Under the pieces are notes generated by a model that had not been told where the DNA came from, searched no databases, and worked only from the letters and a program-made list of their open reading frames with translations. A DNA stretch of 44,389 bases from the NCBI GenBank assembly GCA_030150965.1, contig JASLEW010000115.1, positions 1-44,389 of the forward strand. Direction: 5' to 3'. Source of the stretch: Thermoanaerobaculia bacterium. GTDB lineage: Bacteria; Acidobacteriota; Thermoanaerobaculia; Multivoradales; UBA5704. A program made the position numbers and the translations under genes. Positions 27,213-35,273 of this stretch are shown in pieces (within the stretch, counting starts at the first letter, position 1; each line of letters begins with the position of its first letter).

Positions 27213-28147
27213 CCGCTCCCGGCGAGCTCCTGGTCCTGCGCCAGGCGGCGGAGTTTCCGCTGGAATGGGCGGTGGTGGCGCGCAGCGCTGCCGGCGACCG
27301 GCGCCTGCTGGTCGTGCCCGCCGACACCAACCCGAGCGCCGGCGCCGACGACCTGCTGGTGCCGCCGCGCGCGGCGGGCGGACCGCTCAGCCTGCGCTGC
27401 GGCTTCGCGGTCTGGCTGCCGGAGGAGCTGCTCGGCCAGGGGGAGCGCACGGGCACCCTGGAGCGCGAGGACCTGGCGCGGATCGAACGCCGCCTGGCGG
27501 CGATCGCCGCCGGCGAGTCCGGCGACGATCCGCTCGGCCTCGAGGCCGAGGGCGATCCGGACTACATCGACTGGATCGGCGCCACCGTGGCGCCGGCCGT
27601 CGCCGCCCGGCGGGCGGCGGGCGCCGGTTGGCAGGACCGCCCCGCCGCCGCGGTCCTGCCGCCGCCGCGACCGCCCGCGCCGGGCCCGGCCCTGGCGGTG
27701 ACCAGATGGGCCGCGGCGGCCCTGCTGCTGCTGAGCCTCGGCCTGACCTGGACCGTCCTGTCGCTGCGCCACCGGCTCGACCGCCTGGCGCAGCCGTCCT
27801 TCGACGTGCCGGCCGTCGAGCTGCTCATCGACGGTCCGCGCCGCGGCGCGGGCCTTGAGCCCCTGCGCGTCCGGGTGCCCCGCGCCGCGCGCCAGGTCCT
27901 CTTCACCGTCGTCTTCGGCGCCGGCCTGCCGGCCGGTGGCAGCGGCCGCCTGGAGCTGCAGACCGCGGCGGGCCGGACCGTCTGGACCAGCCCGCCGTTC
28001 GCCATCCGGCCCGGCGACGAGGTCCATCTGCTGGTGCCGCGGGAGCTGCTGCCCGAAAGGCGGTACCGCGTGGCGCTCGCTCATCGGGATGCCGCGGGAT
28101 CCGAGGCGGTGGAGCTGCGCGCCGTCGAGCTCGTGCCCGGCCCCTGA
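27209..28147 (+). CDS. single-pass membrane protein (candidate anti-sigma-like partner)
   Basis: Its ATG overlaps the upstream stop (ATGA at 27209..27212). The 312-aa product has a cytoplasmic N-domain, a TM (WAAAALLLLSLGLTWTVLSL) and a beta-rich C-terminal domain. Confidence 0.55.
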   Translation: MTAPGELLVLRQAAEFPLEWAVVARSAAGDRRLLVVPADTNPSAGADDLLVPPRAAGGPLSLRCGFAVWLPEELLGQGERTGTLEREDLARIERRLAAIAAGESGDDPLGLEAEGDPDYIDWIGATVAPAVAARRAAGAGWQDRPAAAVLPPPRPPAPGPALAVTRWAAAALLLLSLGLTWTVLSLRHRLDRLAQPSFDVPAVELLIDGPRRGAGLEPLRVRVPRAARQVLFTVVFGAGLPAGGSGRLELQTAAGRTVWTSPPFAIRPGDEVHLLVPRELLPERRYRVALAHRDAAGSEAVELRAVELVPGP

Positions 28148-28254
28148 GGTCTCCGGCGCCGGCGCCGCGGCGGAGCCGCGAGAGGGCGCGCGGACCGATG
28201 GCAGGGACCTTGCACTTTCCCGGCCGCCGGTGAAACCCAGCAAGGAGACCGCTC

Positions 28255-28464
28255 ATGAGACTCGTCGCGATCGTCCTGATTGTCCTTGGCATCCTCGGCC
28301 TGCTGTACGGCGGGATCACCTACACCCAGCGGTCGCACGACGCCAGGATCGGCCCGCTCGACATCTCGGTCAAGGAGAAGAAGACCGTGCCGATCCCGGT
28401 GTGGGCGGGGATCGGCGCGATCGTGGTGGGCGGCGCGCTGCTGCTGGTGCGCGAACGTCCCTGA
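28255..28464 (+). CDS. small two-TM membrane protein (DUF3185-like)
   Basis: 69 aa, reading MRLVAIVLIVLGILGLLYGGITYT...IGPLDISVKEKKTVPIPVWAGIGAIVVGGALLLV. AAGGAGA lies upstream of the ATG. I recognise this conserved small-protein pattern from memory. Confidence 0.75.
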   Translation: MRLVAIVLIVLGILGLLYGGITYTQRSHDARIGPLDISVKEKKTVPIPVWAGIGAIVVGGALLLVRERP

Positions 28465-28491
28465 CGAGCGGCGCCACCCCTCCGCCGCTCG
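28465..28491. terminator. hairpin between convergent genes
   Basis: A 9-bp stem (CGAGCGGCG pairing with CGCCGCTCG) closes a 9-nt loop directly after the stop at 28464. It is 17 nt from the stop of the convergent cytochrome gene. Confidence 0.35.
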
Positions 28492-28507
28492 CTCTGCTGG
28501 CGGTCGA

Positions 28508-31500
28508 TCACCGCCGCCTCGACCCCGGCCTGTCCACCGCCGCGGCCGCCGCGGCCGTCGGCGCCGTCCCCTGCCCCGTCACCGGCACCTCCCCGGTGGA
28601 CACCACCTGCAGCTTCCAGCCCTCGGCGCGGGTGCCTTCGAGGTTGAGGTGCCCGGCGATGAAGAAGAGCCGCTGGGTGTCGGGCTGCGCCGGCGTGGAG
28701 CAGAAGCGGTCCTGGAGATAGAAGGGCGGCGTCGCCTGGTAAAAGAGCGTCGCCCGGACGCTCGCCGGCCTGGCGCCCTTGAGGTCGGCGAGCGGGACCG
28801 AATAGATCACCGCGTCGCCGCCGCCGCCCAGCCCGCCCTCCGCCTTCGGCCTGTACCAGGGATCGTCCACCTGGCCGCCCCTGCCGTCCGGCAGCTTGGG
28901 ACGCACCTCGTGCGCCAGTTGCTCGGCGCTCAGCTTGGCGCTGCCCAGCCCCTCGCTCCGCGCCAGCTCGACGCTCGGGTTCCAGCCGCGCGGCAGCAGG
29001 CGGTTGTCCTTGACCACGTCGGCGAGCGACAGGAAGCTGGTGGTGAGATGGCCGCGCGGGTCGCGCACCAGCTCCTGGTAGATCTGCGCCTGGTCCTGGC
29101 GCGAGATGGCGAGGTAGTGCGGTTGCAGGGCGCCCTGCTGCTCCGCCGCGGTCATCGGCTGGCAGTCGCTCTTCCACAGCAGCTCGCCGGCAAGCGGCCT
29201 GCCGTTCTCGTCCACCAGCACGCCGGAGGGGCTGGTGCGGCCGGAGACCCACAGCTCGCGGCCGGTGGCGTCGAGCACCTCGAAGCGCAGGAAGACGCGG
29301 CGGAAGCCCACCCCGGATGGAAGCTTGTGCCCCACCCGGCTCTCCACCTTGACGGTGGCGGCGAGGCGGCCGGCGTCGAGCTTGACGTCGCTGACCGACA
29401 CCTGGGCGGTGGCCGAGTCCGCCTGCTGGATCATCGACTCGAAGGTGCCGGTGAGCGGCGGCACGCCGTGGCCGCCGAGCATCGGGTCCTGGACGCGGAT
29501 GCCGAGGACGTCGGGGAACTGCTGGGCGAACAGGTTGAAGAAGACGTTGAGCCCGACGAGCGTGTGCCGGCCGTAGGGCGAGCGCGGCTTGAGGTCGATC
29601 TCGGAGCGCGGCCGCCGGTTGTCCACCTGCGGCATGTTGCTCGCCTCCTCGATCGAGGCGATCCTGAACGAGAGCGGCCCCAGGCCGGGGTAGCTCCGGC
29701 TCATGTGGCAGTCCTGGCAGGACTGCGCCGCCGGGCCGCCGTCGCGGAAGTCGCTGAACACCCACTCGGGATAGGTCCCCTGCTCGATCTCGATCTTGGC
29801 CTGCGGCGCGCCGGGCGGCGACCATGGCTGGTTGCCGTCGAACACCGGCAGCACGACGCTGTGGCAGCTGCCGCAGATCTTCGAGCTGCCGAGGTCGGCG
29901 CGCTCGATGGGCGTGATGCCCAGCGCATGCACCATCGGCACCTGCTGCGGGGCGGCGAAGGGGCCGTGGATCTTGTCCGCGTCGCCGACGCGGAAGTCGC
30001 CGGTGAAGGTGTCGCCGAAGTTGAGCTTCTCCGGCAGGTCGATGTGATGGCAGGTGGCGCAGGAGACGCCGTCTCGCGCCAGGCCGCCGTACTTCGCATC
30101 GCGTCTCTCCGCCTCGCTCCTGGCGCGGAACGGCACGGCGTTGGCCATCTCGCGGGTGAACAGCTCGCGCCGGACGATCGGCTGCGATTGCTGATCGAGG
30201 CCGGTGAGGCCGGTGTTGTCGCAGACCGCGTTGGCGCGCTTGGGGTCGCCGGGGAACTGATCGAGGCAGAGCTGGCGCTGCCCCATCACGCCGTGGCAGT
30301 GCAGGCAGAGGTCGGGGATCACCTTGCCGAGCGCGGCATGCGCCGCCTGCTCGGTCTCGAGCTGCGAGTAGAAGACCGGGTCCCGGCCGGCGAGGCCCAT
30401 GGGCGAGCCGCGCCACTCGCCGTAGGGCGCCAGGTTGAGCAGGTTGGTGTAGGCCGGCTGGCCGGCCTGCTGCAGGGTCATGTCGTAGTGCATGCCGGTC
30501 GCGCCCGCGGCATGGCAGCCCACGCACTGATCGGAGGTCAGGAACATCGGCGGCCCCGCGGGCGGCACGTCCAGATGATCGTAGGGCTCGGGCGGCATGA
30601 ACAGCCGGTGCACACCGGCCGGGTCGGGCTTGACGATCGCCCGGGCGTCGAACGTGCGCAGGAAGTCCTGGACGTAGACGGTGTACGGCGTGCCGAGCCG
30701 TTTCACCGCCGGGTCGGGCCACGGCATCCGCTCCCAGGTCGGGCCGGCGCTGTCGAGCCGCTGGAGCAGCTCGAAGCGGCGGTGGGGCTCGACCGTCTGC
30801 GCCGCCGGCTGCGGCGGCAGGCCGACGATCGGCGGCTGGTCCTGGAAGTAGAAATCGGTGAAGGTGTCGGGATCGCCCAGGACGTTGTTCAGCTCGGAGT
30901 AGGTCAGCTCGTCGTTGTTGGCCGAGGCGTGGCAGTTCACGCAGTAGTAGCCGAAGCCCATCCACGGATAGGGGAGGTTCGCCGGCGGCGGCCAGTCGAG
31001 CTGCGACGCCTCGGTGGTCGGCGGCGGCTCCCAGGAGCCCCAGAACCAGCCGTCCTTCGCGCCGTGGCTGTCGCGCACCATCAGCGCCATGCCCACCCGC
31101 CTGCCGTTGGTTGGAATCGACGGATCGAGCAGCACCGCCTCGGTGGTGTCGCCGAACATCAGCTTGACGATCATCGAGCCGTCGGCGATCGGCCGCGGCG
31201 GCAGCCTGCCGTCCAGCCGGCAGCCGGGGCAGCTCCGGCGGCAGGCGTCGAGGAAATGCCGCCGCCCGGCGGCGTCGCGCTCGCACATCCAGCGGTAGAC
31301 GTCCGGAGAGTAATAGACCAGCACCGTGTCGTGCGTGCCCCAGGTGGTGGTGGTCCAGCGCGGCGCGTGCGGGTCCGGGATGCCGGCAACGGTGGGGCCG
31401 GTGACGCGCAGCTGGCGGTCGTGCGGCCAGCGCGCATAGCACTCGGCGCGCAGGAAGCGGCCCAGCAGCCGTTCGTACTCGGACTTGGCGAACGGCAGCG

Positions 31501-31762
31501 CGCTCGGCAGCGGCAGCGGCTCGCGGCAGACGTCCGGCAGCGGCGGCACGGATGCCGGCGGCGCCGGCGCCGCCGCCGCCGAGGCCTGAGAGGCCCCCGG
31601 GGCCCGCGCGGTCCCCGCGTTTCCCGCCTTCCCCACGTCCCCTGCTTCCGCTACCGCCCGCTGTGCCGCGCGCACCCGCGCCATCGGCGCTCCGAGCAGC
31701 CACAGCAGCGCCGCCGCCAGGGGCGGCAGGACAAGAGACCACCGTGCTCGTCGCGAGGTCAT
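28508..31762 (-). CDS. large secreted multiheme c-type cytochrome (6 CXXCH)
   Basis: The ATG at 31762 lies about 7 nt after GGAGGAG and the signal is MTSRRARWSLVLPPLAAALLWLLGAPMA. Heme motifs are CVNCH, CVGCH, CLHCH, CATCH, CGSCH and CQDCH. The region before the first heme (GSMIVKLMF...GWFWGSWEP...CVNCH) is reminiscent of cytochrome P460-like domains. A GHKLPSG motif occurs in the C-terminal part. Confidence 0.85.
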   Translation of the reverse strand: MTSRRARWSLVLPPLAAALLWLLGAPMARVRAAQRAVAEAGDVGKAGNAGTARAPGASQASAAAAPAPPASVPPLPDVCREPLPLPSALPFAKSEYERLLGRFLRAECYARWPHDRQLRVTGPTVAGIPDPHAPRWTTTTWGTHDTVLVYYSPDVYRWMCERDAAGRRHFLDACRRSCPGCRLDGRLPPRPIADGSMIVKLMFGDTTEAVLLDPSIPTNGRRVGMALMVRDSHGAKDGWFWGSWEPPPTTEASQLDWPPPANLPYPWMGFGYYCVNCHASANNDELTYSELNNVLGDPDTFTDFYFQDQPPIVGLPPQPAAQTVEPHRRFELLQRLDSAGPTWERMPWPDPAVKRLGTPYTVYVQDFLRTFDARAIVKPDPAGVHRLFMPPEPYDHLDVPPAGPPMFLTSDQCVGCHAAGATGMHYDMTLQQAGQPAYTNLLNLAPYGEWRGSPMGLAGRDPVFYSQLETEQAAHAALGKVIPDLCLHCHGVMGQRQLCLDQFPGDPKRANAVCDNTGLTGLDQQSQPIVRRELFTREMANAVPFRARSEAERRDAKYGGLARDGVSCATCHHIDLPEKLNFGDTFTGDFRVGDADKIHGPFAAPQQVPMVHALGITPIERADLGSSKICGSCHSVVLPVFDGNQPWSPPGAPQAKIEIEQGTYPEWVFSDFRDGGPAAQSCQDCHMSRSYPGLGPLSFRIASIEEASNMPQVDNRRPRSEIDLKPRSPYGRHTLVGLNVFFNLFAQQFPDVLGIRVQDPMLGGHGVPPLTGTFESMIQQADSATAQVSVSDVKLDAGRLAATVKVESRVGHKLPSGVGFRRVFLRFEVLDATGRELWVSGRTSPSGVLVDENGRPLAGELLWKSDCQPMTAAEQQGALQPHYLAISRQDQAQIYQELVRDPRGHLTTSFLSLADVVKDNRLLPRGWNPSVELARSEGLGSAKLSAEQLAHEVRPKLPDGRGGQVDDPWYRPKAEGGLGGGGDAVIYSVPLADLKGARPASVRATLFYQATPPFYLQDRFCSTPAQPDTQRLFFIAGHLNLEGTRAEGWKLQVVSTGEVPVTGQGTAPTAAAAAAVDRPGSRRR

Positions 31763-31940
31763 CGCCATCTCCTCCTGGTCCAGAACTGGCCCGGTGCCTG
31801 TGCGGCCGAGCTTAGCGCAGCCGGTCCCGCACGGAGCAGCGGCCGCGGGGGCCGCGGCTTCGCTTGTGTTCTCGCACAAGCTGTGCGACGATCCTTGCTC
31901 CCCAAACCGCAGCCCTCTTGCGCGGAAACCGGAGGAATCT

Positions 31941-33074
31941 ATGCGTCTTTCGCGGCTTTTACCCTGCCTGGCCGCCGCCGCAGTCTGCCTGCTGCTCGCG
32001 CGCCCGGCCCATGCGGATGTCTGTATCGCTCACCATTTCCAGTACATCGAGGGCATCCTGGAGATCGAGTACCCGGACGGCTGCACCGGCCACGACGAGC
32101 CGGAGCTCGATCCGCTCTCGACCCTGGCCGGCTCGGCGCAGGACGCGACCTGGACGGTGGTGCTGCCGGCCGACGGCGCGGTGCCGGTCTCGGCGGTGGG
32201 GCCGACCTTTTGGTTCGGCGGCCCGGTGGCCGACGCCAACAGCCTGGGCGGCCAGGCGTTCGTCGAGCTGCAGTTCTATCCCGACTCGCTGGTCGCCCGC
32301 TGCACCAAGGGCGGCGGCTTCGCGGTCAGCAACGCGCCCAACGTGTTCACCGCCTGCTCGCCGGTGTTCAGCGTCGTGCCGGGCAAGAAGCCCGGCCACT
32401 TCAAGGAGGTGGCGGCCTTCAACGCCATGCTCACCGACAGCGCGGCGCCCAAGCAGCCGTTGGTGATGCATGCCGGCGACACCATCACCGTGCATTGGTA
32501 CGTCACCTCGGCGGCCGACGGCTGGCACGTCACCGTGGTCGACCTGACCACCGGGCACGAGGGGACGATCGTGCTCAACTCGGCGACCGACGGGCCGCTG
32601 ATGCCGGCCTACAGCACGCAGCAGCTGGGCAACTCGCTCTACTGGGGCGTGGTCGACGACGCGCCGATCGCCTTCGTCTGGGAGATCGGTCACACCTCGC
32701 TCTACAGCAGCTCGGGCGGCGCGGTCTGCGCGCCGGGCGACACCGACTGCGGCTCCTACGACGCCGCGACCTGGTCGGGCATCTCGCCCATCCAGATCCA
32801 GAGCGTCACCTTCAGCGACGGCTCCCAGGCGAAGCACTGGGCGACGGTGAGCGACCAGGGCGGCAAGGCCGAGGTGCTGCTGACCTGCGCCACCTACGGC
32901 GGGCCGTTCTGCATCTATCCCTGGTACTCGCTGGCGCCGGACGGCTTCCACTACGGCATCGACTTCCCGGACAGCACCAGGAACTTCGGCAAGGCCGACC
33001 AGTTCACCCAGACCCTCCAGTGCGGCGGCCCGAGCGGCGCCGACACCACCTACTGCGCCACGCAGATCAAGTAG
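31941..33074 (+). CDS. secreted hypothetical protein, Cys-rich, beta-rich
   Basis: The ATG is preceded by GGAGGA at 31931 and the signal peptide is MRLSRLLPCLAAAAVCLLLARPAHA. Composition is coherent and non-shadow. I recognise no family. Confidence 0.7.
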   Translation: MRLSRLLPCLAAAAVCLLLARPAHADVCIAHHFQYIEGILEIEYPDGCTGHDEPELDPLSTLAGSAQDATWTVVLPADGAVPVSAVGPTFWFGGPVADANSLGGQAFVELQFYPDSLVARCTKGGGFAVSNAPNVFTACSPVFSVVPGKKPGHFKEVAAFNAMLTDSAAPKQPLVMHAGDTITVHWYVTSAADGWHVTVVDLTTGHEGTIVLNSATDGPLMPAYSTQQLGNSLYWGVVDDAPIAFVWEIGHTSLYSSSGGAVCAPGDTDCGSYDAATWSGISPIQIQSVTFSDGSQAKHWATVSDQGGKAEVLLTCATYGGPFCIYPWYSLAPDGFHYGIDFPDSTRNFGKADQFTQTLQCGGPSGADTTYCATQIK

Positions 33075-33094
33075 CGCAGGGACGGGACGGCAAC

Positions 33095-33128
33095 GCCGGA
33101 CGGAGCGCCGCGACGCGCTCCGTCCGGC
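33095..33128 (+). terminator. strong hairpin after the 31941..33074 gene
   Basis: A perfect 14-bp stem (GCCGGACGGAGCGC pairing with GCGCTCCGTCCGGC) closes a 6-nt loop, 21 nt after the stop. There is no T-tract, as is usual in GC-rich genomes. Confidence 0.5.
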
Positions 33129-33208
33129 GGGCCCCCGCGGCGGCGAAGCCCTTGTAGCGGGTCCACTGCTCCGGTAGCGGTGGCACCGCTCTTGTAACAC
33201 CCTCGCGC

Positions 33209-33868
33209 ATGGCAGGCGCGAAGGCAGCGAAAGGGAGATCAGCGGCCTGGGACCTCATCCCCGAGCATCCGACGCTCGGCGCCATCCGGCGCGCCGCCCA
33301 GGCGTGCACCGCCTGCCCTCTTTATGAGCACGCCACCCAGGCGGTGATGGGCGCCGGCCCGCCCGGCGCGCCGCTGATGCTGGTGGGCGAGCAGCCCGGC
33401 GACCGCGAGGACCGTGCCGGGCAGCCGTTCGTCGGCCCCGCCGGCCAGCTGCTCGACGAGCTGCTCGCCGGCGCCGGCATCGACCGCGCCGCGGTCTACG
33501 TCACCAACGCGGTCAAGCACTTCAAGTGGGAGCCGCGCGGCAAGGTGCGCCTGCACCAGAAGCCGAGCCAGGGCGAGGTCACCGCCTGCCGCCCCTGGCT
33601 GGAGGTCGAGATGCGCCTGGTGCAGCCGCACGGCATCGTCTGCCTGGGCGCCACCGCCTACCAGTCCCTGATGGGCAGCGGCGCCCGCGTCACCCGCGAC
33701 CGCGGGCAGTTCTTCGACAGCCCGTGGGGCGCCTGGATCACGCCGACGCTCCATCCCGCGGCGGTGCTGCGCATGCCCGATGCCGCCCGCCGCGACGAGG
33801 CGCGGCGGCAGCTGCAGCAGGACCTGGCGGCGGCGGGCCGGCGCCTCGCCCGGGACCGGGATCCGTAG
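33209..33868 (+). CDS. udgX: family-4-type uracil-DNA glycosylase of the UdgX subtype
   Basis: Motifs are CTACPLYE (Fe-S Cys), the GEQPGDRED motif A, and VTNAVKHFKWEPRGKVRLHQKPS. The last carries a K-x-R-x-H loop that aligns by eye with the UdgX KRRIH loop. ACRPWL and the C-terminal HPAAVLR are also present. Confidence 0.85.
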   Translation: MAGAKAAKGRSAAWDLIPEHPTLGAIRRAAQACTACPLYEHATQAVMGAGPPGAPLMLVGEQPGDREDRAGQPFVGPAGQLLDELLAGAGIDRAAVYVTNAVKHFKWEPRGKVRLHQKPSQGEVTACRPWLEVEMRLVQPHGIVCLGATAYQSLMGSGARVTRDRGQFFDSPWGAWITPTLHPAAVLRMPDAARRDEARRQLQQDLAAAGRRLARDRDP

Positions 33869-33934
33869 TTGCCCGTCGGCTGGTACCGACCCCGAGCCAC
33901 GAAGGTGGGCGGGGGCGCCCCCTTCCCCCCCGGA

Positions 33935-33967
33935 GGGGTGGGAAGGGGGTTGGGGGGATGAGGGGGG
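33935..33967 (+). other. G-quadruplex-prone tract in a convergent intergenic region
   Basis: The sequence GGGG-T-GGG-AA-GGGGG-TT-GGGGGG-ATGA-GGGGGG has five G-runs with loops of 4 nt or less. It is preceded by the palindrome GGGGGCGCCCCC (33910..33921) and a C-run. Confidence 0.4.
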
Positions 33968-34050
33968 CGATCCGATCGACGCCGGTAAGCTGCGCGACAC
34001 ACCTGAGCTCCGGAGGCGCTATCGGCCGAGCCGGGCAGGCGGGTCCCTCT

Positions 34051-35232
34051 TCAATAGGAGCGCGGCAGGCGCAGGACGTACTCGGCGATCTGGTTGTAGA
34101 CCAGGGCGTTGCTGATCGGCGCCACGCGCAGCAGCTGCACCATCTCCAGCAGATGGACGATGCCGTAGCGCTCGTCGAACCCCCTGCCGCCGAGCGCGTC
34201 GAGCGCCGCCTCGGTGGCCTTGGGGCCCAGCTCCGCGGCCAGGAGCTTGGCGGCGTTCGCCGCCAGGCTCACCTCGCGCGGGTCGGCGCCCCCGTCGTAG
34301 GCCGTGGCCGCCCGCCAGACCAGGAGCCGCAGCGCCTCCTGGCGGACCTTGACCTCGGCCAGCGGGTGCTGGATGGACTGGTAGCTGCCGATCGGCGTGT
34401 CGCCGAACACCCTGCGCGTGCGGGCGTGCTCGCAGGCGACATCGAGGCAGTGCTGAACGGTCCCCACCTGGAGGGCGGCGATCAGGATGCGCTCGGGGTT
34501 GAACAGGTCGAGCAGCACGCCGAAGCCCTCGCCGTCGCGCCCCACCAGGCTCGCGTCCGGCACCTCGACCCCGCTGAGCTCCACCTCGAACTGCCGCATG
34601 GCGCCCTCGCCGCGGCTGGGCAGCGGCCGCAGCTCGATCCCCGGCGAGCGGGCGTCCACCAGGAACCAGGAGAGCCCGGCGGTCTTGGGCAGGCCGCGCG
34701 CCGCCGCGTCCGCCGCCGAGAGCGTGCGCGCCAGCACGAGCAGGTGGTCGGCGACGTCGGCGCCGGAGATGTAGACCTTGGTGCCGTCGAGCCGGTAGCC
34801 GTCGCCCGCGCGGCGGGCCGCGGTGCGGGTGTTGAAGGTGTTGAAGCCGGCCTCGCTCTCGGTCACCGCCAGGCACATCCGGCAGCTGCCGTCCGCCACC
34901 CGCGGCAGGACGGCTCCCTTGAGCGCGGCGGTGCCGTGCCGGGCGATGCCCAGGGCGTCCACGGCGGTGAGCACGGCCAGCATGTTGGGCAGGCCGGTCG
35001 CCGCCAGCTCCTCGAGCGCCAGGGCGAGGCCGAGCAGGCCGCCCCCCGAGCCGCCATGCTCGGCGGGCACCACCGCGCCCAGGAAGCCGCCGGCGCCGAG
35101 CGCCTGCCAGGAGGGGTCGAAGAACTGCCCGTGCGGGCCGCGCTGGTACCAGCCGCGCAGCCCGGCAAAGGCGGCGCGGGCGCGTCCCACGATCGCCCGC
35201 TGCTCGCCGCCGAGGGTGAAGTCGAGCGCCAT
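34051..35232 (-). CDS. acyl-CoA dehydrogenase family protein
   Basis: The start MALDFTLGGEQ and the overall ACAD layout fit this family. Other family features are GFNTFNT...GTKVYISGA and the C-terminal ALGGRGF...LLRVAPISNALVYNQIAEYVL. An alternative ATG lies at 35250. Confidence 0.9.
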   Translation of the reverse strand: MALDFTLGGEQRAIVGRARAAFAGLRGWYQRGPHGQFFDPSWQALGAGGFLGAVVPAEHGGSGGGLLGLALALEELAATGLPNMLAVLTAVDALGIARHGTAALKGAVLPRVADGSCRMCLAVTESEAGFNTFNTRTAARRAGDGYRLDGTKVYISGADVADHLLVLARTLSAADAAARGLPKTAGLSWFLVDARSPGIELRPLPSRGEGAMRQFEVELSGVEVPDASLVGRDGEGFGVLLDLFNPERILIAALQVGTVQHCLDVACEHARTRRVFGDTPIGSYQSIQHPLAEVKVRQEALRLLVWRAATAYDGGADPREVSLAANAAKLLAAELGPKATEAALDALGGRGFDERYGIVHLLEMVQLLRVAPISNALVYNQIAEYVLRLPRSY

Positions 35233-35273
35233 CGAAGCAGATCCTAACATCCCCTCTGCTATCCTCGTCCCCT

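Noticed and set aside
28280-33157. 1625-aa plus-strand ORF.
   Set aside because: It is antisense to the multiheme cytochrome gene, which has 6 CXXCH motifs in frame, and out of frame with the secreted-protein gene. It has shadow-ORF composition.
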